The translations under genes and the position numbers were made by a program. From Lysobacterales bacterium (GTDB lineage Bacteria; Pseudomonadota; Gammaproteobacteria; Xanthomonadales; SZUA-5), in contig JALHMH010000013.1 of NCBI GenBank assembly GCA_022844165.1, forward strand, positions 32,001 to 96,000: a stretch of DNA of 64,000 nt. Direction: 5' to 3'. Shown one piece after another: positions 29,433 through 38,156 of this stretch. A model generated the notes under the pieces. It was given only the letters and a program-made list of their open reading frames with translations. It was not told the origin of the DNA and ran no database searches. Every line of letters starts with the position of its first letter. Positions within the stretch are counted from its first letter, which is position 1.

Positions 29433-30731
29433 ATGACCATCAGCGCTACGAACACCACCAACCATCAAGCGTTTCTCGCCGCGCAGGCGGTCACCCCCGG
29501 CGGCGTCAATTCACCAGTGCGGGCCTTCAAACAGGTTGGCGGCGAGCCCTTCTTTGTTGCCCGCGCGCAAGGACCGTATCTGTGGGATGTCGAAGGAAAG
29601 CGTTACATCGACTACATTGGCTCTTGGGGCCCGATGATTGCCGGGCATGCGCATCCGGCGGTGATTGAGGCTGTGCAGCGCACTGCGATCAACGGCTTGA
29701 GCTATGGCTGCCCGAATCCGCTCGAAACCGAACTGGCAGCGGAGATCATCAGGCTGGTCCCCGCCGTTGATCTGGTCCGTTTCGTTTCCTCAGGCACCGA
29801 AGCGTGCCTTTCGGCGATCCGACTTGCGCGTGGTTACACTCGCCGCAACCGCATCCTGAAGTTCGCCGGTTGTTACCATGGACATGCAGACTCGTTTCTG
29901 GTCAAAGCTGGCAGCGGCGTCCTCACCCTCGGGCTGCCCAATTCGCCTGGCGTTCCGAGTGCGCTGGCGGACTTGACGATCACAGCTGAGTTCAACGATC
30001 TCGATCAGGTACGCGATGTTTTTGCGCAGGTCGGAAGCGATATCGCCGCGGTGATCGTAGAACCAATTGCAGGCAACATGAACATGATTGCCCCCTCACC
30101 CGGTTTCCTTGAGGGCTTGCGCGAGCTTTGCGACGCCCACGGCAGCCTGTTGATTTTCGACGAAGTGATGACCGGGTTCCGCGTTGCGCTGGGTGGCGCA
30201 CAAGCGCTGTATGGCATTGTCCCCGACTTGACGACGTTCGGCAAAGTCATCGGTGCGGGCATGCCGGTTGGCGCTTACGGCGGCAAGCGCGCCGTCATGG
30301 AGAACATCGCGCCGCTTGGCCCGGTCTATCAGGCGGGCACGCTGTCCGGTAATCCAGTGGCGATGGCAGCTGGTCTCGCCAACCTCTCGCTGATTCAGGC
30401 GCCAGGTTTTTACGAGGCTCTGGGCGCCCGAACGCTGGAGCTATGCACAGGCCTTAGGAACGCGGCTCACGCTGCCGGAATTCCGTTGCAGACTGTCGCC
30501 ATCGGCGGCATGTTCGGGTTCTTTTTTGCGGATGCCCCCGTGACGTCGTTTGCCGATGCGCAGCGTTGCGATATCGAGCGCTTCAAGCGCTTCTTCCATG
30601 CCTGCCTCGAGCGCGGTGTGTATTTCGCGCCAAGCGCGTACGAGGCAGGGTTCACATCAATGGCCCACGACGCGGCGGTCATTGAAACAACGCTTCAAGT
30701 TGCCCGCGAAGCGTTCGCCGCCGTTGCGTAA
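29433..30731 (+). CDS. hemL: glutamate-1-semialdehyde 2,1-aminomutase
   Basis: [11 protein letters not shown]; SGTEA; YHGH; FDEVMTGFR; PLP lysine TTFGKVIG; [10 protein letters not shown]. Confidence 0.97.
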   Translation: MTISATNTTNHQAFLAAQAVTPGGVNSPVRAFKQVGGEPFFVARAQGPYLWDVEGKRYIDYIGSWGPMIAGHAHPAVIEAVQRTAINGLSYGCPNPLETELAAEIIRLVPAVDLVRFVSSGTEACLSAIRLARGYTRRNRILKFAGCYHGHADSFLVKAGSGVLTLGLPNSPGVPSALADLTITAEFNDLDQVRDVFAQVGSDIAAVIVEPIAGNMNMIAPSPGFLEGLRELCDAHGSLLIFDEVMTGFRVALGGAQALYGIVPDLTTFGKVIGAGMPVGAYGGKRAVMENIAPLGPVYQAGTLSGNPVAMAAGLANLSLIQAPGFYEALGARTLELCTGLRNAAHAAGIPLQTVAIGGMFGFFFADAPVTSFADAQRCDIERFKRFFHACLERGVYFAPSAYEAGFTSMAHDAAVIETTLQVAREAFAAVA

Positions 30732-31506
30732 CGATGTTCGACCGTTGATCTTTGGCGCCTCGTCTGCGATCGGGGCCTCGCTGTTGCCGCAGTTTGCCAG
30801 CTACACCGCTGTATCGCGATTCACGCAGCGCGACCCTCGCTGGTGGTTGAGCGGCCTCGAAGTCGCGCCCGCTGCACCCGCAGCAACGACACACATCTTG
30901 AGTCTCGGACCGTTGGACGCCTTCGCCGCATGGTTGTCGCGACACCCGTTGCCAAGCTCGGTGCGGCAGATCATTGCCATGAGCTCTACCAGCGCGCAGA
31001 CCAAAATCGCAAGCAGCGCAAGCGGCGAGGCCCAGATTGCGCAACGCCTTGTCGATAGCGAGACGCGGGTGCGCCACCGGAGTGCAGAGTTCGGCATTGC
31101 GTCAACGCTGCTGCGCGCATCCATGCTCTATGGCGGAGAACAGCATCTGGTAGCGCGAATCCAGCGCATGGTTCGACGCTTCTATACATACCCATTTCTC
31201 ATTGGACCAGGCGCCAGCGCGCTACGCCAGCCCGTACATGTTGCCGATATCGCGTCCGCCGTTTTGTTGTGCATAGATCAACCACAGGCTTTCGACCGTC
31301 AGCTTGTCGTTGCGGGCGCCGAGAGGCTCTCGCTACGCGAGCTGATTATCCGCAGCGCGCGAGCTACGCAACGGCTTGCGATACCCATTCCCACACCAAC
31401 TCATTTGATCGGTCGGATCTCGTTGGAACGCCTTGCCCAGGATCAGGTGTTCGACGTCGGAACAGCCAGAGATCTGGGCTTCACACCGCGGTGTTTTTTG
31501 CCGTAG
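30724..31506 (+). CDS. NAD-dependent epimerase/dehydratase-like protein
   Basis: [10 protein letters not shown]; MSSTS; LLRASMLYG; [11 protein letters not shown]. Start uncertain (TTG 30724 overlapping the hemL stop). Confidence 0.65.
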   Translation: MRNDVRPLIFGASSAIGASLLPQFASYTAVSRFTQRDPRWWLSGLEVAPAAPAATTHILSLGPLDAFAAWLSRHPLPSSVRQIIAMSSTSAQTKIASSASGEAQIAQRLVDSETRVRHRSAEFGIASTLLRASMLYGGEQHLVARIQRMVRRFYTYPFLIGPGASALRQPVHVADIASAVLLCIDQPQAFDRQLVVAGAERLSLRELIIRSARATQRLAIPIPTPTHLIGRISLERLAQDQVFDVGTARDLGFTPRCFLP

Positions 31507-31518
31507 GCCTTGCCCGGA

Positions 31519-31980
31519 TCAACGTTTCTGCTTTTCTTCTGGCCCAAGTATCTCCAGGATGTCAGTCCATTGACGCGGTGCTTGCGAATACGGCAGCTGC
31601 AGCTGACGCACCCGCATTTCCAGAATGGCGTTTGAGCTGTCGACCATGGCGCGTCTATGCAAGCCGGACCGCACGAACGCATTCCGATCGGCGCTGCTTC
31701 GCCAAACGGTGTAGGTCCAAACCTGATCACCCCAGATCTCCCGACGCAATGAATGACCCACGATACCCGGCTGGTCGTCCATCACCCTCCGGAGCTTGTC
31801 GACATAGTTGTCGAAAGCCTGCCGATGGTCCGGGTCCAATCTCGCGTGAGTGATCGAAACTTCAACCAATTCCTCGTTCGCCAGCGGTTTCCACTGCATC
31901 GGCGTGGAGAAGGCACACCCGGCGCTCCACGCGCAGAGACTCGTCATGACCGCAGCACCAATCAAACGTATCGAAACCAT
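31519..31980 (-). CDS. DUF3291/antibiotic-biosynthesis-monooxygenase-like protein, possible lipoprotein
   Basis: QPGIVG...WTYTVW.S....AFV.SG.H..AM dimeric alpha/beta barrel signature; SAGC lipobox-like sequence. Confidence 0.6.
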   Translation of the reverse strand: MVSIRLIGAAVMTSLCAWSAGCAFSTPMQWKPLANEELVEVSITHARLDPDHRQAFDNYVDKLRRVMDDQPGIVGHSLRREIWGDQVWTYTVWRSSADRNAFVRSGLHRRAMVDSSNAILEMRVRQLQLPYSQAPRQWTDILEILGPEEKQKR

Positions 31981-31993
31981 GGAATACCTCTCA

Positions 31994-32040
31994 GTTGACA
32001 GTGTCAACAGTATCAGGGTCTAATGTAGACACTGTCAACA
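31994..32040. promoter_or_regulatory. two TetR-type operators overlapping divergent promoters
   Basis: Perfect palindrome GTTGACAGTGTCAAC (31994-32008) and near copy GTAGACACTGTCAAC (32025-32039). TTGACA occurs on both strands, with TCTAAT and GATACT 18 bp downstream. Confidence 0.7.
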
Positions 32041-32055
32041 ACGTCGAGCAAAGAA

Positions 32056-32475
32056 ATGAGGAAATCGCTGGCGGTTTTTGTAGTGTGTTGTTTGGCGTCG
32101 CACGCTTCGGGCGAGACCATAACCGTCGATGTTCAAGGCATATCCAATCCAACCGGCACTATCCGCTGCGGGCTGTTCGAATCGCCCGCTGGATTCCCGG
32201 ACGAGCCGACCCAAGATCGCGTCATCGTGATTCCTGCGTCGCGCGACCAGAATTTCTGCAGGTTCGAAGCCGTTTCGAGCGGTCGTGTTGCTCTCGCCAT
32301 CAGCCACGATGCGAACAACAATGGCGAACTCGACAAGAACTTCTTGGGCATGCCAAAGGAATCCTGGGGCGTGTCCCGTGGCGCGAGGCCGTCGTTAAGA
32401 CCACCGCGCTTCGACGAGGCAGCACTGGATTACGACGGTAAGCCTCTCGAGATCATCGTGGAGATCGACCGATGA
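32056..32475 (+). CDS. DUF2141 domain protein
   Basis: Signal peptide; HDANNNGELDKNFLGMPKESWGVS...PPRFDEA. Confidence 0.85.
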   Translation: MRKSLAVFVVCCLASHASGETITVDVQGISNPTGTIRCGLFESPAGFPDEPTQDRVIVIPASRDQNFCRFEAVSSGRVALAISHDANNNGELDKNFLGMPKESWGVSRGARPSLRPPRFDEAALDYDGKPLEIIVEIDR

Positions 32476-33272
32476 GGACCTCTCAATTTCTCGACCGCTA
32501 CGGCCCATGGGCATTGGTGACCGGCGCATCGGATGGTATTGGCAGAGCGTTCGCTTCAGACTTGGCAAATCGGGGCCTGAATTTGATTCTGGTCGCACGG
32601 CGCGCGGGAATTCTGAGCGAGTTTGCGCGAGATTTGCGTTTACGCAGCAACATCGAGTGCGAGGTTCGGGCACTCGACCTGGGCGACTCAAAAGCGCTCC
32701 TGGATTTATGCAAGGAGATGAGCGATCGGCCGATCGGACTGCTCGTCGCGGCGGCCGGATTCGGTACATCGGGCGCATTCCTGCAAACCAGCACAATGGA
32801 CGAGCTGGACCAGATCGACGTAAATTGCCGGGCTGTGATGGCTCTGTGCAAAACGTGCGCGCCGGGCATGGCTCAACGTGGTCGCGGAGGAATGGTCCTT
32901 CTGAGTTCCATCGTTGCCTTCCAGGGCGTTCCCAGGGCGAGCAATTACGCCGCCACCAAAGCCTATGTTCAAACACTGGCAGAAGGGCTCGCGCACGAAC
33001 TTTCAGTGCAGGGTATCGATGTTCTGGCTTGCGCCCCGGGCCCGGTATCCAGCGGTTTCGCAGACCGGGCTGGCATGCGCCTGGGCGCTACAGTAAGCAC
33101 ATCCATCGTCGCCCAGGAGACATTGCATGCCTTGGGCAAAAGGTCCTTGGTTCGTCCTGGATTTCTCTCGAAACTTCTGGGCTACTCGCTAATGACCGCG
33201 CCACGCTCGCTGCGCGTGCGCATCATGACGCAAATAATGAGCGGGATGACAGCGCATCGGCGATCATCGTAG
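32472..33272 (+). CDS. short-chain dehydrogenase/reductase (17-beta-HSD/KAR-like)
   Basis: YGPWALVTGASDGIG; LVARR; YAATKA. Confidence 0.88.
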   Translation: MRTSQFLDRYGPWALVTGASDGIGRAFASDLANRGLNLILVARRAGILSEFARDLRLRSNIECEVRALDLGDSKALLDLCKEMSDRPIGLLVAAAGFGTSGAFLQTSTMDELDQIDVNCRAVMALCKTCAPGMAQRGRGGMVLLSSIVAFQGVPRASNYAATKAYVQTLAEGLAHELSVQGIDVLACAPGPVSSGFADRAGMRLGATVSTSIVAQETLHALGKRSLVRPGFLSKLLGYSLMTAPRSLRVRIMTQIMSGMTAHRRSS

Positions 33273-33300
33273 GTTGCCATGACACCTCGAAGCCCGTCGA

Positions 33301-33894
33301 ATGAGCAAGAAAGCTCCCATTCCGCTCAAGGACTCGTGCGTCGAAGCCGCGCGCGAAGTGATTGCAGAAAAGGGGCTGGAGGCTCTCAGCCTTCGCGAAG
33401 TAGCGCGTAAGCTGGGCGTCTCGCATCAGGCGCCTTATCGACACTACCCCTCGCGAGATCACTTACTCGCCGCTGTCATGGCCCGATGTTTCGAGGACTT
33501 CCGTATGCATCTGGAATCGCGTCCCACGTCGGTGGACGCGGAACATGACCTTGGCGAACTTGGCCGAGCGTATCTGCAGTACGCCAACGACCACCCGCTC
33601 GAGTATCGATTGATGTTCAGCACACCATGGCCAGCACCGGCCGAACATCCCGATCTCGTTCGCAATGCGGTATTTGCGTTCGATGTGCTGCGCAACGTGC
33701 TGCGGCTGCTCGCCGGGACAATGCCACCTGAAGAGATCGATCAGCGCGCGCTGTTCATCTGGTCTTGCGTACACGGCTTGTGCGGCATTCGAACAGGCGA
33801 CGTGATGCAGCATTTAGCGATCGCACCATCGGTCACGGATCTGCCCGGCGAACAGGTCCTGGCAATGATCAGCCTCGCGATGCGGCCCGTTTAG
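33301..33894 (+). CDS. TetR/AcrR family regulator (WHG-type C-terminus)
   Basis: HTH LSLREVARKLGVSHQAPYRHY; YRLMF; WSCVHG. Confidence 0.9.
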   Translation: MSKKAPIPLKDSCVEAAREVIAEKGLEALSLREVARKLGVSHQAPYRHYPSRDHLLAAVMARCFEDFRMHLESRPTSVDAEHDLGELGRAYLQYANDHPLEYRLMFSTPWPAPAEHPDLVRNAVFAFDVLRNVLRLLAGTMPPEEIDQRALFIWSCVHGLCGIRTGDVMQHLAIAPSVTDLPGEQVLAMISLAMRPV

Positions 33895-34038
33895 GCTGGT
33901 ATGGTGTTCCGCAGAGGCATCAAAAGCCAAAGCTTCTCCGAGCAACAAAATCCGGCTCCGTCAAGGCTCCAACAGCTGCGAAAGTTCGATACCTCTCTTT
34001 AGATGCGATCATCACAGCTCGCCACACGAATCAAAAAA

Positions 34039-34842
34039 ATGACCGACCCTCGCTCTCTCGCGTACGAATGCCTGACCGAGATGTCGCCAGCCTCGAAATG
34101 CGCAAGAACCCTCGCTTCAGAAATGGCGATTCGCTCAAACCACCTGTCGATCACGGCGACTCAGGCGAAACCACTTCTGGTACCCGGTCGGCCATTGCGT
34201 CCACGGCTGGTCGAACCTCGACAGCTCAAGCAGCGCAAGTTGAATACTGCACAAGGGCGTGCGGCATTGGTGCACGCCATCGCACACATCGAGTTCAACG
34301 CCATCAACCTGGCTTGGGATGCTGTGTATCGCTTTGCCGGAATGCCGGATGCCTTTTACCGCGACTGGGCGAGCGTTGCCGCCGATGAAGCCCGACATTT
34401 CTTGATGCTTCAGTCACGACTCGGGGAGCTTGGCTTTGCCTACGGAGATTTCCCAGCGCATAACGGGCTATGGCAGATGGCTATCGACACCGCAGATGAC
34501 ATTGTTGCGCGAATGGCCCTCGTGCCCCGAGTGCTTGAGGCGCGTGGGCTGGATGTTACGCCTGGAATGATCCAGCGCCTGTCAGCAGCAGGCGATATGG
34601 ACACGGTAGCGAAACTGTGCGTCATCCTCAATGAGGAGGTGCGGCACGTGGCGATCGGCTCGCTCTGGTTCAAGTTCGCGTGTCAGCAGCGCAACCTCGA
34701 ACCCAAGTCCACCTTCCGATCCCTGCTCAAACACTACTCGATGGAACGCCTCCGCGGCCCGTTCAATGTGTCGGCGCGCCTGGATGCAGGTTTCGATGCT
34801 GAGGAGATCGCAATGCTCGAGTCGCTGTGCACCTCGCAATAG
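34039..34842 (+). CDS. ferritin-like DUF455 protein
   Basis: HAIAHIEFNAINLAWD; DEARHF; LEARGLD; EEVRHV. Confidence 0.88.
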   Translation: MTDPRSLAYECLTEMSPASKCARTLASEMAIRSNHLSITATQAKPLLVPGRPLRPRLVEPRQLKQRKLNTAQGRAALVHAIAHIEFNAINLAWDAVYRFAGMPDAFYRDWASVAADEARHFLMLQSRLGELGFAYGDFPAHNGLWQMAIDTADDIVARMALVPRVLEARGLDVTPGMIQRLSAAGDMDTVAKLCVILNEEVRHVAIGSLWFKFACQQRNLEPKSTFRSLLKHYSMERLRGPFNVSARLDAGFDAEEIAMLESLCTSQ

Positions 34843-34918
34843 CGTAGGCTAATGCTGCGGTTCGCTCCTCGCTTTGACCGCTCCAAAAGAATGGCGGAAG
34901 TCGCCGCGACGGCGCAGA

Positions 34919-35392
34919 TTAACTGCCGCGGTGGTAAGGATGGTTCCCCAATTGGCTTAGCGCGCGAAACAACTGCTCGGCGAGCACGATGCGCACGAGG
35001 GCATGGGGCAGAGTGAGCGGACCCAAACTCCATCTTTGATGGGCCGCCGTCAAACACTGAGTTGCAAGCCCATCCGGCCCGCCGATCAGAAAACACAAAT
35101 CACGACCGTCCATCATCCATGCCGTGAGTTGCTTGGCCAATGCCTCAGACGACCAGGCTTCGCCACGACCATCCAGAGCAATCACACGGTGCAGTTTGGG
35201 TATCGCCGCAAACATGCGCTGGCCTTCATCGAGCACGGCGCGATTGGGATCCATCGATTTGCCTCGCGGACCAAGGGGCAACTCGGTCAATGTCAATGGC
35301 AGCGAGCGCTCCAGGCGCATGGCATAGTCCTCGAAACCCTGTTTGATCCACACTGGCGCACGTTCGGCAATCGAAAGAATCCGCGCGCGCAT
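34919..35392 (-). CDS. rlmH: 23S rRNA (pseudouridine1915-N3)-methyltransferase
   Basis: FLIGGPDGL; SLGPLTLPH; EQLFRA; HPYHR. Start at ATG 35392. Confidence 0.95.
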   Translation of the reverse strand: MRARILSIAERAPVWIKQGFEDYAMRLERSLPLTLTELPLGPRGKSMDPNRAVLDEGQRMFAAIPKLHRVIALDGRGEAWSSEALAKQLTAWMMDGRDLCFLIGGPDGLATQCLTAAHQRWSLGPLTLPHALVRIVLAEQLFRALSQLGNHPYHRGS

Positions 35393-35397
35393 AGCGA

Positions 35398-35952
35398 TCA
35401 GAGCGCGGCCGCTGCGCGCGATTCCTCGACGATTCCCCACATGCGTTCGAGCTGATAAAACTCGCGGGTGCGCGGCAGCATGACGTGAATGACCGTGTCG
35501 CCAAGATCGACGAGAATCCACTCGGCGTCTTTTTCGCCTTCAACCCCAAGCGGCGAGTAACCGAATTTCTTTGCCGTCACAACCACCTCATCGCCCATCG
35601 ATTTGACGTGGCGTGTAGACGTGCCGCTGGCGATGACGATGAAGTCGCAAACGCTGGTTTTTCCGCGCACATCGATGATTCGAAGATCGTTGGCCTTCAT
35701 CGAATCCAAGCGCGCCACGACAGCTTCGCGGACCACCTCATCAATGGTTTTTTGCGGCACGGTTTTTTGCGCTTTGCGCGCTCGCTTGATCGTACCACCC
35801 TCAGCGCTCGCAAACTCACTCGCAACCGTCTGACGCGGCGAAGCGCGTTTGCGTACCTTTGGGGCCGTCTCGATCGTGCTTCCAGCAGGCTGCTTCACTG
35901 CTGGTTTTGCCTTCATTCGTTTGCGCGGCGGATGATCTGTTTCGGTGGTCAA
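35398..35952 (-). CDS. rsfS: ribosome silencing factor RsfS with basic N-terminal extension
   Basis: DFIVIASGTSTRHV; WILVDLGD; REFYQLERMW. Start is approximate (TTG 35952). Confidence 0.9.
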   Translation of the reverse strand: MTTETDHPPRKRMKAKPAVKQPAGSTIETAPKVRKRASPRQTVASEFASAEGGTIKRARKAQKTVPQKTIDEVVREAVVARLDSMKANDLRIIDVRGKTSVCDFIVIASGTSTRHVKSMGDEVVVTAKKFGYSPLGVEGEKDAEWILVDLGDTVIHVMLPRTREFYQLERMWGIVEESRAAAAL

Positions 35953-35983
35953 AGTTCTCGTTTCTCTTGTTGGACAGGTGGAA

Positions 35984-36625
35984 TTATAAGTGGCGATACC
36001 AGCGCCGATCATCAATCATCTGGCGCACAGGTTCAGGAACCAGATGCATGATCGATCGACGGGCCATGATGCGCTCGCGAATCATGGTCGAGGAAATTGG
36101 CAACAACGGAATCTGTAGTCGAAGAATCTTACCGCCGCTCGCTGACCGCAATTCGGCGGGATCAGACGTCGATCGATGCGCGAGCTCCAGTTCAAGACGC
36201 GGGTCAATCAGCCCATTGGCATCTGGCCTCGTCAGCACAACCAGATGCGCAAGCTCAAACAGTTGCTGCCAACGATGCCAGAGCGCTAGGCCAGAGAATG
36301 CATCGGCGCCAACGATCCAGATCACTGAAGCATCGCAACCCAATTCATGTCGAATCGAACCCAGGGTGTCGACTGAGTACGACGGCCCCTGCCGCTCCAA
36401 TTCGCGACAATCGCAGCGAAATCTGGGTTCGGCACTAATGGCAGCCTTGACCATCGATGCCCGATCGCTCGCAGAAATCCCCGGCACGACCCGATGCGCA
36501 GGCATTGCGCATGGTACAAAGCTCAGCTCTGCCAAGCCCAAAGCCTCAATCGTCTCGATACCAGCGCGAAGGTGACCGATGTGAGGTGGATCGAATGTCC
36601 CGCCCAGGAATGCTGCAGTCCTCAC
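35984..36625 (-). CDS. nadD: nicotinate-nucleotide adenylyltransferase
   Basis: GGTFDPPHIGH; GPSYSVDT; IVGADAF; ISSTMIR. GTG start overlaps the holA stop. Confidence 0.95.
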   Translation of the reverse strand: MRTAAFLGGTFDPPHIGHLRAGIETIEALGLAELSFVPCAMPAHRVVPGISASDRASMVKAAISAEPRFRCDCRELERQGPSYSVDTLGSIRHELGCDASVIWIVGADAFSGLALWHRWQQLFELAHLVVLTRPDANGLIDPRLELELAHRSTSDPAELRSASGGKILRLQIPLLPISSTMIRERIMARRSIMHLVPEPVRQMIDDRRWYRHL

Positions 36626-37626
36626 GCTGCAAATCGCTCTGCCTGCGTCGGAATTGCTGCTCGCAAAAGCCAACGTTCCATAAGCACCCAAGAATCTCCA
36701 GCCTCGCGGCCTTTCGCCGCGCCATCCACGATGCGTGCCTCTCGAAAGAGTTGTGCCCAAGGCCGATCAAGCGCTCGCTGATACAAGGCCATTCGCGATC
36801 CAAACACACCACGCGTAGGCCAGAAGTTCGACAGATTCCCTTGCATCGCCGAAGCCATCATCAAGGTCTGCATCTGTCCGATCGGATACCAAAGAAGCCC
36901 TGCCGGTTCCTCGCCTTCAGCACGGAGCGCATGCAATATGTGGCGAACACGCTCAGGATCGCCGCGCAGTACGGCCTCCCAAAGCGTCTGCACATCGTAG
37001 CGCGCGTGATCCGCCACAAGATCCACCAGGGTCAGAACATCGACGACCTGCCCGGATGTCAGCAGGGCGAGTTTCGCAAGCTCCTGATCAGCGGCCAACA
37101 GGTTCCCTTCGGCGCGTGCGTTCAGCTCTTCCATGGCGTCATGGGTCAATTGCACTTTGTGTCGAGCCGCTCGGCGCTGCAACCACGGGAGGAAATCGTC
37201 ACGATTCATGGGTGGGATCGACACCACTACTCCTGTGGCGTCGATTGCTTGAACCCAGTCCTGACGTTCGAGTGTTTTGTTCCATTCAGGTAGTGTCACG
37301 AGCAAGATATCCAGCCCAGGATCACGCGCGAATTCCCCGATCGCCTCTGCCGCACCTTGTGTGATCTTGAGGTTCGAAAAACGCACCTCAATCAACCGTG
37401 TCTGCGCGAAAAGCCCAAGGGAACGAACATCGATTCGCCATTCGTCCCAATCGAATCCCGAACCGACGTCGAAAACGAGACGATCCGTTGCACCAGAATT
37501 TCGCGCAGCCTGCCGTAGCGCGTCTGCAGCCTCAATGGCGAGCAAGGGTTCGCTGCCGGCTATCAGATAACTCGACCTTAACCCGTTACGCAGTTGCCCA
37601 TCGAGTTGATCGGCACGAACGCGCAT
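36622..37626 (-). CDS. holA: DNA polymerase III delta subunit
   Basis: YLIAGSEPLL; SLGLFA; EGNLLAADQELAKL; adjacent to nadD. Confidence 0.92.
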   Translation of the reverse strand: MRVRADQLDGQLRNGLRSSYLIAGSEPLLAIEAADALRQAARNSGATDRLVFDVGSGFDWDEWRIDVRSLGLFAQTRLIEVRFSNLKITQGAAEAIGEFARDPGLDILLVTLPEWNKTLERQDWVQAIDATGVVVSIPPMNRDDFLPWLQRRAARHKVQLTHDAMEELNARAEGNLLAADQELAKLALLTSGQVVDVLTLVDLVADHARYDVQTLWEAVLRGDPERVRHILHALRAEGEEPAGLLWYPIGQMQTLMMASAMQGNLSNFWPTRGVFGSRMALYQRALDRPWAQLFREARIVDGAAKGREAGDSWVLMERWLLRAAIPTQAERFAA

Positions 37627-38093
37627 CAGGCTGCGGCAAGCAGCGACTGGTTGATCAAAAGTTCGATCTGCCCGAGATCTGGAATCACCGCCTGATCATC
37701 CCGAACGAGCACGTTCATCAGTACGCCAGGGCGAGTTGGTACGGAATCGGAAGCGGAGACAAGCACCTCCGGCGACAGCGTCGTCAGTCGAGGAAATCCC
37801 TGCGCCAACATCGCCAGAAACGGCATTCTTTGGTACCCACCAAGCGCTTTCAGAACTGTCACACGAGTACCGCGCGCACCCTCATCCAACGCCATGCCAG
37901 CGAGGAGGGAGAAAGAAAACAGAGGAATGCGCCACCCACGCCACGCCACGCGCCCCAGGAGCCATGCGGGCGCATTGGCGATCTTTTCCGGTGTCGAGAG
38001 TGTAATCACCTCGGCGACGCTTGCATTCGGCAAAAGAACGCGTCCATTGGTGACCGGGATCATGAGGCCGCGAATTTCGCGCTGATCAATCAT
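37626..38093 (-). CDS. chpC: CheW-like protein ChpC
   Basis: LLPNASVAEVI; WLLGRVAWRGWRIP; last gene of the Pil-Chp cluster. Confidence 0.85.
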   Translation of the reverse strand: MIDQREIRGLMIPVTNGRVLLPNASVAEVITLSTPEKIANAPAWLLGRVAWRGWRIPLFSFSLLAGMALDEGARGTRVTVLKALGGYQRMPFLAMLAQGFPRLTTLSPEVLVSASDSVPTRPGVLMNVLVRDDQAVIPDLGQIELLINQSLLAAA

Positions 38094-38156
38094 TTTATTT
38101 CCCCACGTTCACTTAGCCACTTGCCATTCACCGAACCAGTTCGCTCACCCAGAAAC

